Below are positions 37,197 to 45,926 of a stretch of 64,000 nucleotides of DNA, piece after piece. Below the pieces are notes generated by a model. The model was not told where the DNA came from. It saw nothing but the letters and a program-made list of their open reading frames with translations, and searched no databases. The position numbers were made by a program, and so were the translations under genes. The stretch lies in IMG/VR virus record IMGVR_UViG_3300034072_001021, positions 62,001 through 126,000 of that record; one strand, written 5' to 3'. Position 1 is the first letter of the stretch, and each line of letters begins with the position of its first letter.

Positions 37197-40163
37197 ATGT
37201 CTACTGAATCAACTGTCCGGCGGTTTCAGAAATTCGCATCTGCAAGAACTATTCCAACAGAAGTAAAAGCGGCGATTTCTAAACTGGGCGCTGACCCACA
37301 TGGCAATTCTGGAAGTCGCAATAACATCAGGTTGCCCGATGGTCGTGTGATGGCACATATTGCCAACCAGACCATCGGTAACATTCAGGATGCTCGGAAC
37401 CTGTTCCAAGTCCTTCCTGACATGGATTATGCGCGGCAGCTGCTTATTTCTGCGACGCTATCTCCTGGTGATCTTACGGACACTAAAGTTCTGTACAGTA
37501 TCGAAGACCGGGCGGTGGATAGCAACCTTGCAGGGCCGCTTCTTCGCAACGTCCAGGAGTTCTTCGATAACTCCTATAGAATTAGGTCGCTTCTTCACCC
37601 GATCCTGAACGACACGATGTTCGAGACAGGGTCATACCCAATTCTGGTTATGCCCGAGTCCTCGATTGACCGAATCATCAATTCGGACAACTACAACGGG
37701 ATCTCGATGGAGTCGGCTATTCAGCAACTCGATGGTCACATCAATGCTGAAACCGATCGCGATGGCAACTACTTGCCTTGGGGTGTGCTGGGTAACCCAG
37801 CTACAGCGCCGGCAACTGCCAACTCCTACTCTGGGGTGAGCTTCGAAAGCCTGAAGATCGACAACTATCAGCGTGACGTCAAGCTCAATGATCTCAATGT
37901 GAGCTTCGAGTCGATGATCTCCAATGTCAAGGGCACCTACCCTGACGAAGAGATCGGTAAGTTGAAGACGTCTCTGGAATCACTGTCCAAGACAGCCCAG
38001 AAGATGATCACCGAGAAAGGTTCCACCATCCAAGTCACTGACAACATGAACGTGTTGAAACGACCGATGATCGTGGAAACCCGTCGTCGACTGGCTGTGC
38101 GTCGTATTTACGGCGGCCGCCTGCACGCTAAGGCTTCTCTGGAATCCAAGGCTAAAGCAGGTGATCAAGACGCCATGCGTAACTTGGCTGCAGTGGAGAA
38201 ATCTCTGTACACCAAGCGCAATTACAAGCACATCCCTGTTCAACCTGTGATGACTCATAAGCAGACCAAGACAGAAACCTACGGCCATCCGTTGGTTCTG
38301 CATCTTCCGTCTGAGTCTGTCATCCCAATTCACGTCCCAGGCAACCCTGCTGAGCACGTGGGCTACTACGTCCTTCTGGACATCGATGGTAACCCTATCT
38401 CGATTGCTGACATGACGTCCTACATGGACGACATTCGCAACCAGATGAACAGTGCCGACAGTTATAGCAGCCAGATCATCAATCAGGCTCGCCGTGGCTT
38501 TGAAGGCATGGGTGGGATTCAGAACGAAATCATCAATGAGATGTCTCGTGTGCACTCTGAAGCGGTAGAGGCCGATCTTCTGTCTCGTCTGCGTGCAGGT
38601 GCATTGTCTGGTAACTACGAACTGGGTAAAACCGAGAACATCAACCGCATCATGTTGGCCCGTCACCTAAAGGGTCAGAAAACCATGATGTTGTTCGTCC
38701 CGGCTGAGATGATGATCTACATCGCATTCGATTACAACGAGTACGGTGTCGGTAAGTCGATTCTGGAAGACGGCAAGATCCTCGGTTCGATCCGTGCTGC
38801 GCTGATGCTGTCCAACACCCTGGCCACCATCAACAATGCCGTAGGTGGCAAGACCATCAACATCGAGCTTGATCCTGATGACGAAGATCCGGTAAGTACG
38901 GTGGAGTTCTTGCTCTCCGAACACGCCAAGGTCAACGCCCAAGGGTTCAGCCGTATTGTTGGGTCGACTCACCCACTGGGTCTGGCTGACCAGATTCAGA
39001 ACCACGGCGTGAACGTAGTGGTCACTGGTAACTCGCGTTATCCTGAAACCAAGTACGACGTGAACCAACGTGAGGGCACTGCCCGACCGATTGACGTCGA
39101 CATGGAGAAGATGATGCGTGATCGTCACATCCAGATGTTCGGGCTGAGTCCGGAGATGATGGAGGGCGTGAACCAGTCGGACTTCGCTACTACAGTCGTT
39201 CAAAACAACCTGATGCTTCTCAAGCGTGTGATCCACAACCAAGAGAAATTTGAGCCATTCCTGACAGACTTCGTCCGTCGTTATGTGCTTAACTCAGGCG
39301 TCTTCATTGACGAGATGCGGCAGATCATCAAGGACAACATCAAGTACCTTCCAGATGACCTGCGCGATGACAAGACCATGGACGAAGCCACTAAGGTGGA
39401 TGAATTCATGTACCGGTTCATCAGCTCCCTGACTGCCACACTGCCGTCACCTGAAGTAGGTGACATCAAGAAAGCAATGGAGCAGTTCCAGGATTACACC
39501 GATGCGCTGGATAAGGTCATCGATGCATACCTCAGTGAAGAAATGTTCGCTACCGACACCACTATTGGCATGGAGGAAGTCCTCCCGAATGTCAAAGTCG
39601 TGGTCAAGGCAGAGTTCCAGCGTCGTTGGCTACGTAAGTACAACATCATGCCGGAACTGGACGTCTTCAACACCGTAGATGAGGAAGGCGATGATACGCC
39701 TGCGTTCAGTTTGCTGGAAGCCAGTGCAGATCACCTCGACGGCCTGAACAACTCGATTGCCGAGTACATTCAGAAAGTCATTGAGGCGGCTAACCTCCGT
39801 GCCAAGAAACTGAAGCCCATCAATGAAGCTAAAGAAGCACTGACTACTGCGAAAGATGAAGCAGGTGGCACGCTCTCTGGTGGAGGTGGTGACAACTTCG
39901 GTGGAGATGACACCGGCGGTGGTGATGATCTAGGTGGCGGTGACGACCTGGGTGGTGAGGGTCTTGATGGCCTTGACGATACAGGTGGTGACGATCTTCC
40001 TGCGGATGATCTTGAAGCAGGTGATGAAGCCGGCGATGAGACTAACGCTGAAGAAGAGGAAGGTACCGAAGGTACTGACGAAGGTGGTGAGAACACCGAT
40101 ACTCCTGCGGATGATGAAGCAGGTGGTGACGGTCTCGACATCCCTGAAGCGCCTAAGGTGTAA
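37197..40163 (+). CDS. probable portal protein (phiKZ gp129-like) with acidic disordered C-tail
   Basis: 988 aa; LFQVLPD...Q.LIS..LSP, LPSESVIP.H.PG.P..H.GY, Y.AFDYN..G.GKS motifs; synteny after the gp128-like gene. Confidence 0.75.
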   Translation: MSTESTVRRFQKFASARTIPTEVKAAISKLGADPHGNSGSRNNIRLPDGRVMAHIANQTIGNIQDARNLFQVLPDMDYARQLLISATLSPGDLTDTKVLYSIEDRAVDSNLAGPLLRNVQEFFDNSYRIRSLLHPILNDTMFETGSYPILVMPESSIDRIINSDNYNGISMESAIQQLDGHINAETDRDGNYLPWGVLGNPATAPATANSYSGVSFESLKIDNYQRDVKLNDLNVSFESMISNVKGTYPDEEIGKLKTSLESLSKTAQKMITEKGSTIQVTDNMNVLKRPMIVETRRRLAVRRIYGGRLHAKASLESKAKAGDQDAMRNLAAVEKSLYTKRNYKHIPVQPVMTHKQTKTETYGHPLVLHLPSESVIPIHVPGNPAEHVGYYVLLDIDGNPISIADMTSYMDDIRNQMNSADSYSSQIINQARRGFEGMGGIQNEIINEMSRVHSEAVEADLLSRLRAGALSGNYELGKTENINRIMLARHLKGQKTMMLFVPAEMMIYIAFDYNEYGVGKSILEDGKILGSIRAALMLSNTLATINNAVGGKTINIELDPDDEDPVSTVEFLLSEHAKVNAQGFSRIVGSTHPLGLADQIQNHGVNVVVTGNSRYPETKYDVNQREGTARPIDVDMEKMMRDRHIQMFGLSPEMMEGVNQSDFATTVVQNNLMLLKRVIHNQEKFEPFLTDFVRRYVLNSGVFIDEMRQIIKDNIKYLPDDLRDDKTMDEATKVDEFMYRFISSLTATLPSPEVGDIKKAMEQFQDYTDALDKVIDAYLSEEMFATDTTIGMEEVLPNVKVVVKAEFQRRWLRKYNIMPELDVFNTVDEEGDDTPAFSLLEASADHLDGLNNSIAEYIQKVIEAANLRAKKLKPINEAKEALTTAKDEAGGTLSGGGGDNFGGDDTGGGDDLGGGDDLGGEGLDGLDDTGGDDLPADDLEAGDEAGDETNAEEEEGTEGTDEGGENTDTPADDEAGGDGLDIPEAPKV

Positions 40164-40164
40164 C

Positions 40165-40199
40165 GCATATGGAGGAGGCCCTAGGGCCTCCTCCTATGT
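40165..40199. terminator. bidirectional hairpin between convergent genes
   Basis: GGAGGAGGCCC/GGGCCTCCTCC stem flanked by GCATA and TATGT. Confidence 0.65.
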
Positions 40200-40205
40200 C
40201 GTCTG

Positions 40206-40925
40206 TCAGAAACTGCTTGGTGCTTGGAATGAGCTACCGCTATAGATGGCAGCGTGGGTAAACCGGAAGCCAATCAACTTGCCGATGAAACGCCACCATA
40301 CGTCGCCAGCATTACCACCTCGACGACTCATGATCCGGAATGGACCGTTGACGTCGCCTTTAAGGTCAGCTGGGTATGCTGCCGTGTGAACCAATACACC
40401 GTTACGGTAAATGTATCCTACACCGTTTTTACGCTGGAACGCAAAGTGATTAACGATGTTGAGGTCAATTGCACTCAGTGCTGATTTAATCAGGAAACTG
40501 TTACCAGACGGCTGATAGATGCCTACTTGCAGCCCGGTGTTGAGATGGTTGTACAGTGCATCCAGTTGCATGGTTTGGCCTGGGGCGCCCCACGTACCCC
40601 ACATGCAGAATGGGATCAACTGGCTGTTGTCTGCCGGGTTATTATGGATGCCATCGGCGTCGAGGATAACTTCTAGTGTGAAGTCGCCAGTACGCGCTGC
40701 AAACGCTGGGTTATGTGCTAGCTGGATACCACCAATGACACTGGAAGTGAACACAGCTACGTTCTTACCGTTGAGAGTACTGTACGTCATCCCCGACGGA
40801 ATCACTGCTTGCTCTCCAGTGACCTTATTGACTACTCGGTTAGATTGAATGTCGAGATCGATCTTGACGTGTCTACGCCAATCACCTAAACGACGACCTG
40901 ATGCTGCCATCAATGCTGTTTTCAT
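40206..40925 (-). CDS. ConA-like lectin/LamG domain protein (putative tail receptor-binding accessory)
   Basis: DFTLE, NHFAFQRKNG..YIYRNG, PFRI, FIGKL..FRFT..AIY LamG pattern; AGAGGT RBS. Confidence 0.75.
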   Translation of the reverse strand: MKTALMAASGRRLGDWRRHVKIDLDIQSNRVVNKVTGEQAVIPSGMTYSTLNGKNVAVFTSSVIGGIQLAHNPAFAARTGDFTLEVILDADGIHNNPADNSQLIPFCMWGTWGAPGQTMQLDALYNHLNTGLQVGIYQPSGNSFLIKSALSAIDLNIVNHFAFQRKNGVGYIYRNGVLVHTAAYPADLKGDVNGPFRIMSRRGGNAGDVWWRFIGKLIGFRFTHAAIYSGSSFQAPSSF

Positions 40926-41169
40926 GGTTTTCTCAAATAAAGAGGTTAACTACATAAAATTCGGTAATTAAATACAGTCTTGGATTATTCTCTGAATAAA
41001 TTCAGAATGCTATAAAAAGCATTGCTGGAGGGTACGGAAGCAATGCGCTAGCGGAGGAGCGGAGCGACGACTTCTTCTATTCTTTTCTGTAGCTTTGGCT
41101 TTCCGATTTTATTCTGACGATATATTGTTGACACATACCTGTGACGATAACCACAGCAGGATAAGAATA

Positions 41170-41442
41170 ATGAAACAAGCGATCTACTTTGAGGATCTCC
41201 AGAAGACTACCTTTATCATCAAGGTGATTGATGGTGATGAGATGTATCTGGAAAAACGTGAATGGTACAAGAACGACTACGAGTACACTCCTGCAGATGC
41301 ATTCGACATGTTCTGCAAGTCTGGCGACTTTGATGGCGTCACTAAGTACAAGTGGATCGCTGAGAGGTCCTCGTTGGTCGCTGTGTCCCCTGATACGCCC
41401 AAGTGGACTGATCGGGAATGGACCAAGATGAATGGGTTCTGA
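41170..41442 (+). CDS. hypothetical protein
   Basis: AGGA RBS; ends at a hairpin. Confidence 0.6.
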   Translation: MKQAIYFEDLQKTTFIIKVIDGDEMYLEKREWYKNDYEYTPADAFDMFCKSGDFDGVTKYKWIAERSSLVAVSPDTPKWTDREWTKMNGF

Positions 41443-41515
41443 ATAGACGGGGGAGGCATGTGCCTCCCTCTATGCCAGAAGTATCGTATGTAACTATACA
41501 CATATCGAGGACACC

Positions 41516-42004
41516 ATGTCTGTACGCACGATACTCTCAGCAGCAACCCGTCGTAAACGTGTAGTGGGAAGGACGGCATACCCACTTGATTTTATAAGCG
41601 CTGAAAAAGTAATTCCATGGAGGGTCAATACTCAGCATCCTTATCCGACGTTCCTTGGCTTCGGTGAATATAACGGCCATAAGACTGTGAAGGTAAGGTT
41701 TACTACAGGGGGCAACATTCAGCGCGTTTACATCGAGCTCCCTGTCGATCATCGAATCGCACAACTGATGTATAAGCGAGACAAACCGCAATATAGTGAA
41801 GCACTCGGTTATGTTTCACTTCAGGAAAGCACCTCGATTGGCGGCAATGCCAATAGCCTGGGTAACGCAGCCGCCAACGTATGGTATCTACGATCGCTTT
41901 CAGTCAAGCGCGTAGGTAAATACTTTGCTGTCGGCATTAACAACACCACTACCTACCCAGTCATTATGGAGTTTTATCTTGTAGACGACTTGGCGACTAT
42001 CTGA
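41516..42004 (+). CDS. hypothetical, possibly tail-accessory protein
   Basis: GAGGA RBS; TATGTA upstream; N-terminus (ILSAATRR) resembles that of the LamG protein (LMAASGRR). Confidence 0.6.
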   Translation: MSVRTILSAATRRKRVVGRTAYPLDFISAEKVIPWRVNTQHPYPTFLGFGEYNGHKTVKVRFTTGGNIQRVYIELPVDHRIAQLMYKRDKPQYSEALGYVSLQESTSIGGNANSLGNAAANVWYLRSLSVKRVGKYFAVGINNTTTYPVIMEFYLVDDLATI

Positions 42005-42132
42005 TTCTAGAGGGAGGCGCGCGCCTCCCTCTATTCCGATTCGATTGAAAAGAGTTATAGCAATACATGACTTATCGTGATAACGATCGTTGTCTGGTTT
42101 GTTTAGACAGTATAACTCAACTAAGGGGAATC

Positions 42133-42324
42133 ATGATGGAATTGTTTGCCGATATCAGCACCGCTCTAGCACTCGCTGTCCTGACAGTCGTTGCGATTGT
42201 CTTGTGTAGTCATATCAAACAACTCAAATATAACAGCATTTACACCTACGCTCTGGTGCTACGTACTGCTCTGTCTGTACTGTGTGCAGCATTCTGGTTT
42301 AAGGCGATTATCCAGATCTGGTAA
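42133..42324 (+). CDS. small 2-TM membrane protein
   Basis: AAGGGGA RBS; two hydrophobic helices. Confidence 0.6.
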   Translation: MMELFADISTALALAVLTVVAIVLCSHIKQLKYNSIYTYALVLRTALSVLCAAFWFKAIIQIW

Positions 42325-42455
42325 ATAAAAACAAATCTGACACATGCTTTAGGAGATAGGTACCACGGGTCTCCGTAGGCATGCCGGTGCAGCTGAAGCA
42401 GTCGTGCTCAGCTCCCGGATGCCTTCTATGCCGATTTATTAACAGGAGTGTAATC

Positions 42456-43163
42456 ATGTCCTATCCAGAAATTCTTTTCACGCTGCATAAACCGTTTAAG
42501 AAACAACCCAAACGATTCATGGACAAACTTGACTTTAATTTACCGATCTGGTCGGTATTTGTCAATTACATGTTTGGTGACTATGAAGTTAAGCTGTATG
42601 GTTACGTCAAGCAAGGGGTTGATATCGAGGATGAAAATAATAATGATGCCGCAGAAATCGTCATCACGCGCAACTTGACCATAAACACTAAAACAGACAT
42701 AAAGATCGATCATCGACTTGTAGATGATCCTGTATTAGATCGTGTCTACGAACAGAGCCCTATCACCTACGGATTCCTGAAATCTACATTGAATACAGCC
42801 GACGACGATATCGGTTTTACTAATGATAACGGCGCAGGTCATCGTCCTGAAGATTTTGATGACGATAACCCAGATCATCGATTCATGTTTGATATATTCG
42901 TCGATGCAGTAATGCGCATGAGTAGTTGCCAGGCCTGGGGTATGATCGCTTACCTTAATGAAGGTGGCTTCAATAAATTCCGCATTTGGGGATCTGATAT
43001 TCGATCTCGAGGTCATATGACCAAAAGCGTAATAGGCAGCATCGTTGATAAAGTAAATAATCGCCAGGTGGAAATGGAAATTGGTGATTATACATACGGG
43101 ATTGTTCGTCTTTACAACGGTGAACGTGATATTGAATTACGGTTCCCGAGTTTCCTTATATGA
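42456..43163 (+). CDS. hypothetical protein (AT-rich gene)
   Basis: AGGAG RBS; followed by the terminator at 43168-43199. Confidence 0.65.
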   Translation: MSYPEILFTLHKPFKKQPKRFMDKLDFNLPIWSVFVNYMFGDYEVKLYGYVKQGVDIEDENNNDAAEIVITRNLTINTKTDIKIDHRLVDDPVLDRVYEQSPITYGFLKSTLNTADDDIGFTNDNGAGHRPEDFDDDNPDHRFMFDIFVDAVMRMSSCQAWGMIAYLNEGGFNKFRIWGSDIRSRGHMTKSVIGSIVDKVNNRQVEMEIGDYTYGIVRLYNGERDIELRFPSFLI

Positions 43164-43167
43164 ACAC

Positions 43168-43199
43168 AAGGGTAGGGACTTCCCTACCCTTTCTTTTTT
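43168..43199 (+). terminator. intrinsic terminator
   Basis: AAGGGTAGGGA/TCCCTACCCTT plus T tract. Confidence 0.75.
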
Positions 43200-43209
43200 G
43201 CCGTTTTGA

Positions 43210-43238
43210 TTCGATTCCAATTTATTTCAACAATACAT
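43210..43238 (+). promoter_or_regulatory. bipartite promoter-like motif TTCGATT-N14-CAATACAT
   Basis: Same elements and spacing at 42040-42068; heads a cluster of small genes. Confidence 0.5.
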
Positions 43239-43293
43239 AGTGCTGGTGATAAGGAAGAATGATCTTCCATTAACCTAAGTAAGGAGCATCCAC

Positions 43294-43434
43294 ATGAGCA
43301 ACTTCCTGAGCCTGATGCTTGTTCTGTGCTTTGCTGTTGCCCTTGTGGGCTGCAAGCACGAAGAAGTAAAGATCCCGGCAGACGCCACTGCTGAACAAAT
43401 CATCGCCATGCAAGTGGCAAAGAAACAACCCTAG
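43294..43434 (+). CDS. 46-aa lipoprotein (not in ORF track)
   Basis: TAAGGAG RBS; MSNFLSLMLVLCFAVALVGC lipobox then KHEEVKIPADATAEQIIAMQVAKKQP. Confidence 0.7.
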   Translation: MSNFLSLMLVLCFAVALVGCKHEEVKIPADATAEQIIAMQVAKKQP

Positions 43435-43444
43435 GAGAAGCACC

Positions 43445-43555
43445 ATGAAAGAAGTAATTTCCACCATTGCTGTCTTTGCCGGCATTTACATCGGCATCGA
43501 TCAGTACAACCGCTACATGGCCCGCAAGGACCGTGCAGCCCTCAAACGCGGCTAA
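43445..43555 (+). CDS. 36-aa single-TM microprotein A (not in ORF track)
   Basis: TAGGAG RBS; MKEVISTIAVFAGIYIGIDQYNRYMARKDRAALKRG. Confidence 0.7.
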   Translation: MKEVISTIAVFAGIYIGIDQYNRYMARKDRAALKRG

Positions 43556-43566
43556 GGAGAAGAACC

Positions 43567-43677
43567 ATGGGTTCTGTATTCAAAACCATTGCAATCGTTG
43601 TAGGTTGCTACATCGTCATCGACCAATACGGTCGGTTCTGCAAGCGCCAGGATGCGAAAGCATCTAAAGAAGGCTGA
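43567..43677 (+). CDS. 36-aa single-TM microprotein B, paralog of A (not in ORF track)
   Basis: TAAGGAG RBS; MGSVFKTIAIVVGCYIVIDQYGRFCKRQDAKASKEG. Confidence 0.7.
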   Translation: MGSVFKTIAIVVGCYIVIDQYGRFCKRQDAKASKEG

Positions 43678-43745
43678 GTCTCTCAGAGGGGTTCGCAAGA
43701 GCCCCTCTCGGAGAAACACCCTAACCAGTTCTTAAGGAGAACACC

Positions 43746-44150
43746 ATGAGCATCACTTACACTCACATCGTCACTGCCAAAGAAAAAGAAATCGCTGCTG
43801 GCGCTACCACTGGCCTGATCGGCGTGATCAAATGGGGCAATGACGTCAAGGTAGATTACTACCGTAAAGAAAATGGTTTCCATATCTGCAAAGTAGACGC
43901 CGGTATGATTGGTGAATACGCTGTACCGGCTAATGCCGAATGGAAACATCTTTCCGAAGGCGAGCAGACTGCAGTAGTCTGTGCAATGGTGGCTATCAGT
44001 GCACCGCGTTTTCAATACGGCAAGGACCATGTGGTTCTGGTCGACGTCAAACAACCTGAGAAGAAACCGGTCTCTAAGAAGAAGATCGCTTTCTGGGCTG
44101 GCGCTGCCGCGCTGGTCGTTGGCGGCATCTACGCTGCTACTCGTAACTAA
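43746..44150 (+). CDS. tail-anchored membrane protein
   Basis: TAAGGAG RBS; C-terminal KKKIAFWAGAAALVVGGIYAATRN. Confidence 0.7.
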   Translation: MSITYTHIVTAKEKEIAAGATTGLIGVIKWGNDVKVDYYRKENGFHICKVDAGMIGEYAVPANAEWKHLSEGEQTAVVCAMVAISAPRFQYGKDHVVLVDVKQPEKKPVSKKKIAFWAGAAALVVGGIYAATRN

Positions 44151-44166
44151 TTCCGAGGATATAACC

Positions 44167-44691
44167 ATGAAACTGATCAACCACGTTTACAATGCCACTT
44201 CCATCTCCGTTGCCCGTGCTGCTACCGTCAAGAGCAACCGCGTTGAGTGGGACAACAGCACCTATGTCGAATACGCCCTCCAGGGTAACATGGTGGCCAT
44301 CAAGTCCATCCACACCGGCATCGGCGAATGGGAAACCATTTACTTCAGCGACTCCTTCAACAAACTGAAGGATCGTTATAAGGATTTGGTAGCTGCCGCA
44401 ATGGTAGCACTGAATCAAAGTACCGCCAAGGTAGGCGAATCGTTGGTAACCTTCATCTACAACCCTTCCGTGGTGATTGTGGAAGAAGAACGTCGTAAGC
44501 CGGAAGCGCTGACTGATCAACCGTATGCCATCAGTGGCCATCGGATTGAGAAAGATCCGCGTCGTGAAGAAACCCGCGTCAACATCAACATCCCATCGAT
44601 CGAAGTCAAAGGCAAGGGCGGTTGGCTCCTTGGCGTTGGCATCGGTCTTGCCGTAGTAGCTGGCATCGCAGTCGCAGCCAGCCGTAATTAA
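44167..44691 (+). CDS. tail-anchored membrane protein
   Basis: GAGGA RBS; C-terminal GWLLGVGIGLAVVAGIAVAASRN. Confidence 0.7.
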   Translation: MKLINHVYNATSISVARAATVKSNRVEWDNSTYVEYALQGNMVAIKSIHTGIGEWETIYFSDSFNKLKDRYKDLVAAAMVALNQSTAKVGESLVTFIYNPSVVIVEEERRKPEALTDQPYAISGHRIEKDPRREETRVNINIPSIEVKGKGGWLLGVGIGLAVVAGIAVAASRN

Positions 44692-44738
44692 ACCACACCC
44701 ACATACACCACATTACCCAAGATCCAAGGAGATCCACC

Positions 44739-45152
44739 ATGAACAAGCAACAATACCTGGCTCAACCCACTCCGGTTCTGACCGAAGCGAATGCCAAAAT
44801 CATCGAGGCTGTGAAAGCCTCTAACTTCATCCTGAAGGACGAACACGATCCTAAGGGCGAGCGTGAGCTGCGCCTGTCGGGTGTCGTGGTTTATCAGAAC
44901 GGCGATCGTCAGAACGTAGTGGCGCTGTTCGACAAGAACTTCTCCAGCTACTACTGCCTGAACCGCATCGCTGTACGTGACGGCAAACCGGTAGTCACCC
45001 GTGACAACTGCGCTGGCATCGTCTCTGTTGCCAGCAACGACCCGGTGGCCGACATCAACGCCATCATTGATGGTATTGCATGGGATCGCGTCGAGCAGTA
45101 TCCGGTTCTCTGTCCAGGTCAGTACTTCAACATCGTGTTGAAGACTGCTTAA
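44739..45152 (+). CDS. hypothetical protein
   Basis: AAGGAG RBS; strong codon bias; hairpin after the stop. Confidence 0.7.
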   Translation: MNKQQYLAQPTPVLTEANAKIIEAVKASNFILKDEHDPKGERELRLSGVVVYQNGDRQNVVALFDKNFSSYYCLNRIAVRDGKPVVTRDNCAGIVSVASNDPVADINAIIDGIAWDRVEQYPVLCPGQYFNIVLKTA

Positions 45153-45162
45153 ACATAAACAA

Positions 45163-45198
45163 AGTGAGGGCGGTACCGCCCTCACTAACTATTTTTTA
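45163..45198 (+). terminator. intrinsic terminator
   Basis: AGTGAGGGCGG/CCGCCCTCACT plus a T-rich tail. Confidence 0.65.
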
Positions 45199-45216
45199 CT
45201 TTACCCGAGGTGACAT

Positions 45217-45873
45217 ATGTTTCGTTATGATTCTCTTTTCTGCATCACTGCTGATCACGATACCTATCATACCCTGTTCGGTATTACTGCTGACGGAATT
45301 ATTATTAACGGTGCCGAATGTATCACTTCATTGGCATATATGGTCTGCGATGAAAGCGGTAAAAAGTTTTATGCCGTCCCTGACGGTGAAGAAGAAAGCC
45401 ACGAAATAGAGTTTATTGATGGACAATATGTTTCAGTGAGGGTTGCTGAAGACATGTTCAAGCTTGATCGCCGTAGTGATTTTATCGTCTGGGCTGAAAC
45501 ATTGCTCAACAGCGGTCTCATCAATGCGTTCGGTGCAGAATACATTTATGACAAAACCGATAAACCAGAATGTGTTTATCCATCTGGCTCGTTTGTAATC
45601 AACGAACCGAGTGAATATAACCTTTACGCGTTCGATCCGACATTCAGCTCTGAACTTTTCACGACACCTGAAAACGATGTTGAATCTGATTGTCCGGAAA
45701 TATCCCCATTTGAAGATAAAAATCCACTTTACCTATCTGAATTTATGGAGGGGGATGTACTTTACTTCGATGTCGACACAGATTCTTTCTATGAACTCAA
45801 GATCTTAAACAATTATCCACTGGTGGCAGTCCGATTCAGGAAAGATTTCCGACGCTACATTGCTTCTATTTGA
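45217..45873 (+). CDS. acidic hypothetical protein (AT-rich gene)
   Basis: GAGGTG RBS; 42 D/E versus 16 K/R by manual count. Confidence 0.65.
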   Translation: MFRYDSLFCITADHDTYHTLFGITADGIIINGAECITSLAYMVCDESGKKFYAVPDGEEESHEIEFIDGQYVSVRVAEDMFKLDRRSDFIVWAETLLNSGLINAFGAEYIYDKTDKPECVYPSGSFVINEPSEYNLYAFDPTFSSELFTTPENDVESDCPEISPFEDKNPLYLSEFMEGDVLYFDVDTDSFYELKILNNYPLVAVRFRKDFRRYIASI

Positions 45874-45888
45874 AATACGGAATAAGAA

Positions 45889-45923
45889 GGAGGGGCATTG
45901 CCCCTCCCTTTTATTTTTTTCTT
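45889..45923. terminator. intrinsic terminator between convergent genes
   Basis: GGAGGGGCA/TGCCCCTCC plus a long T tract. Confidence 0.7.
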
Positions 45924-45926
45924 TTG

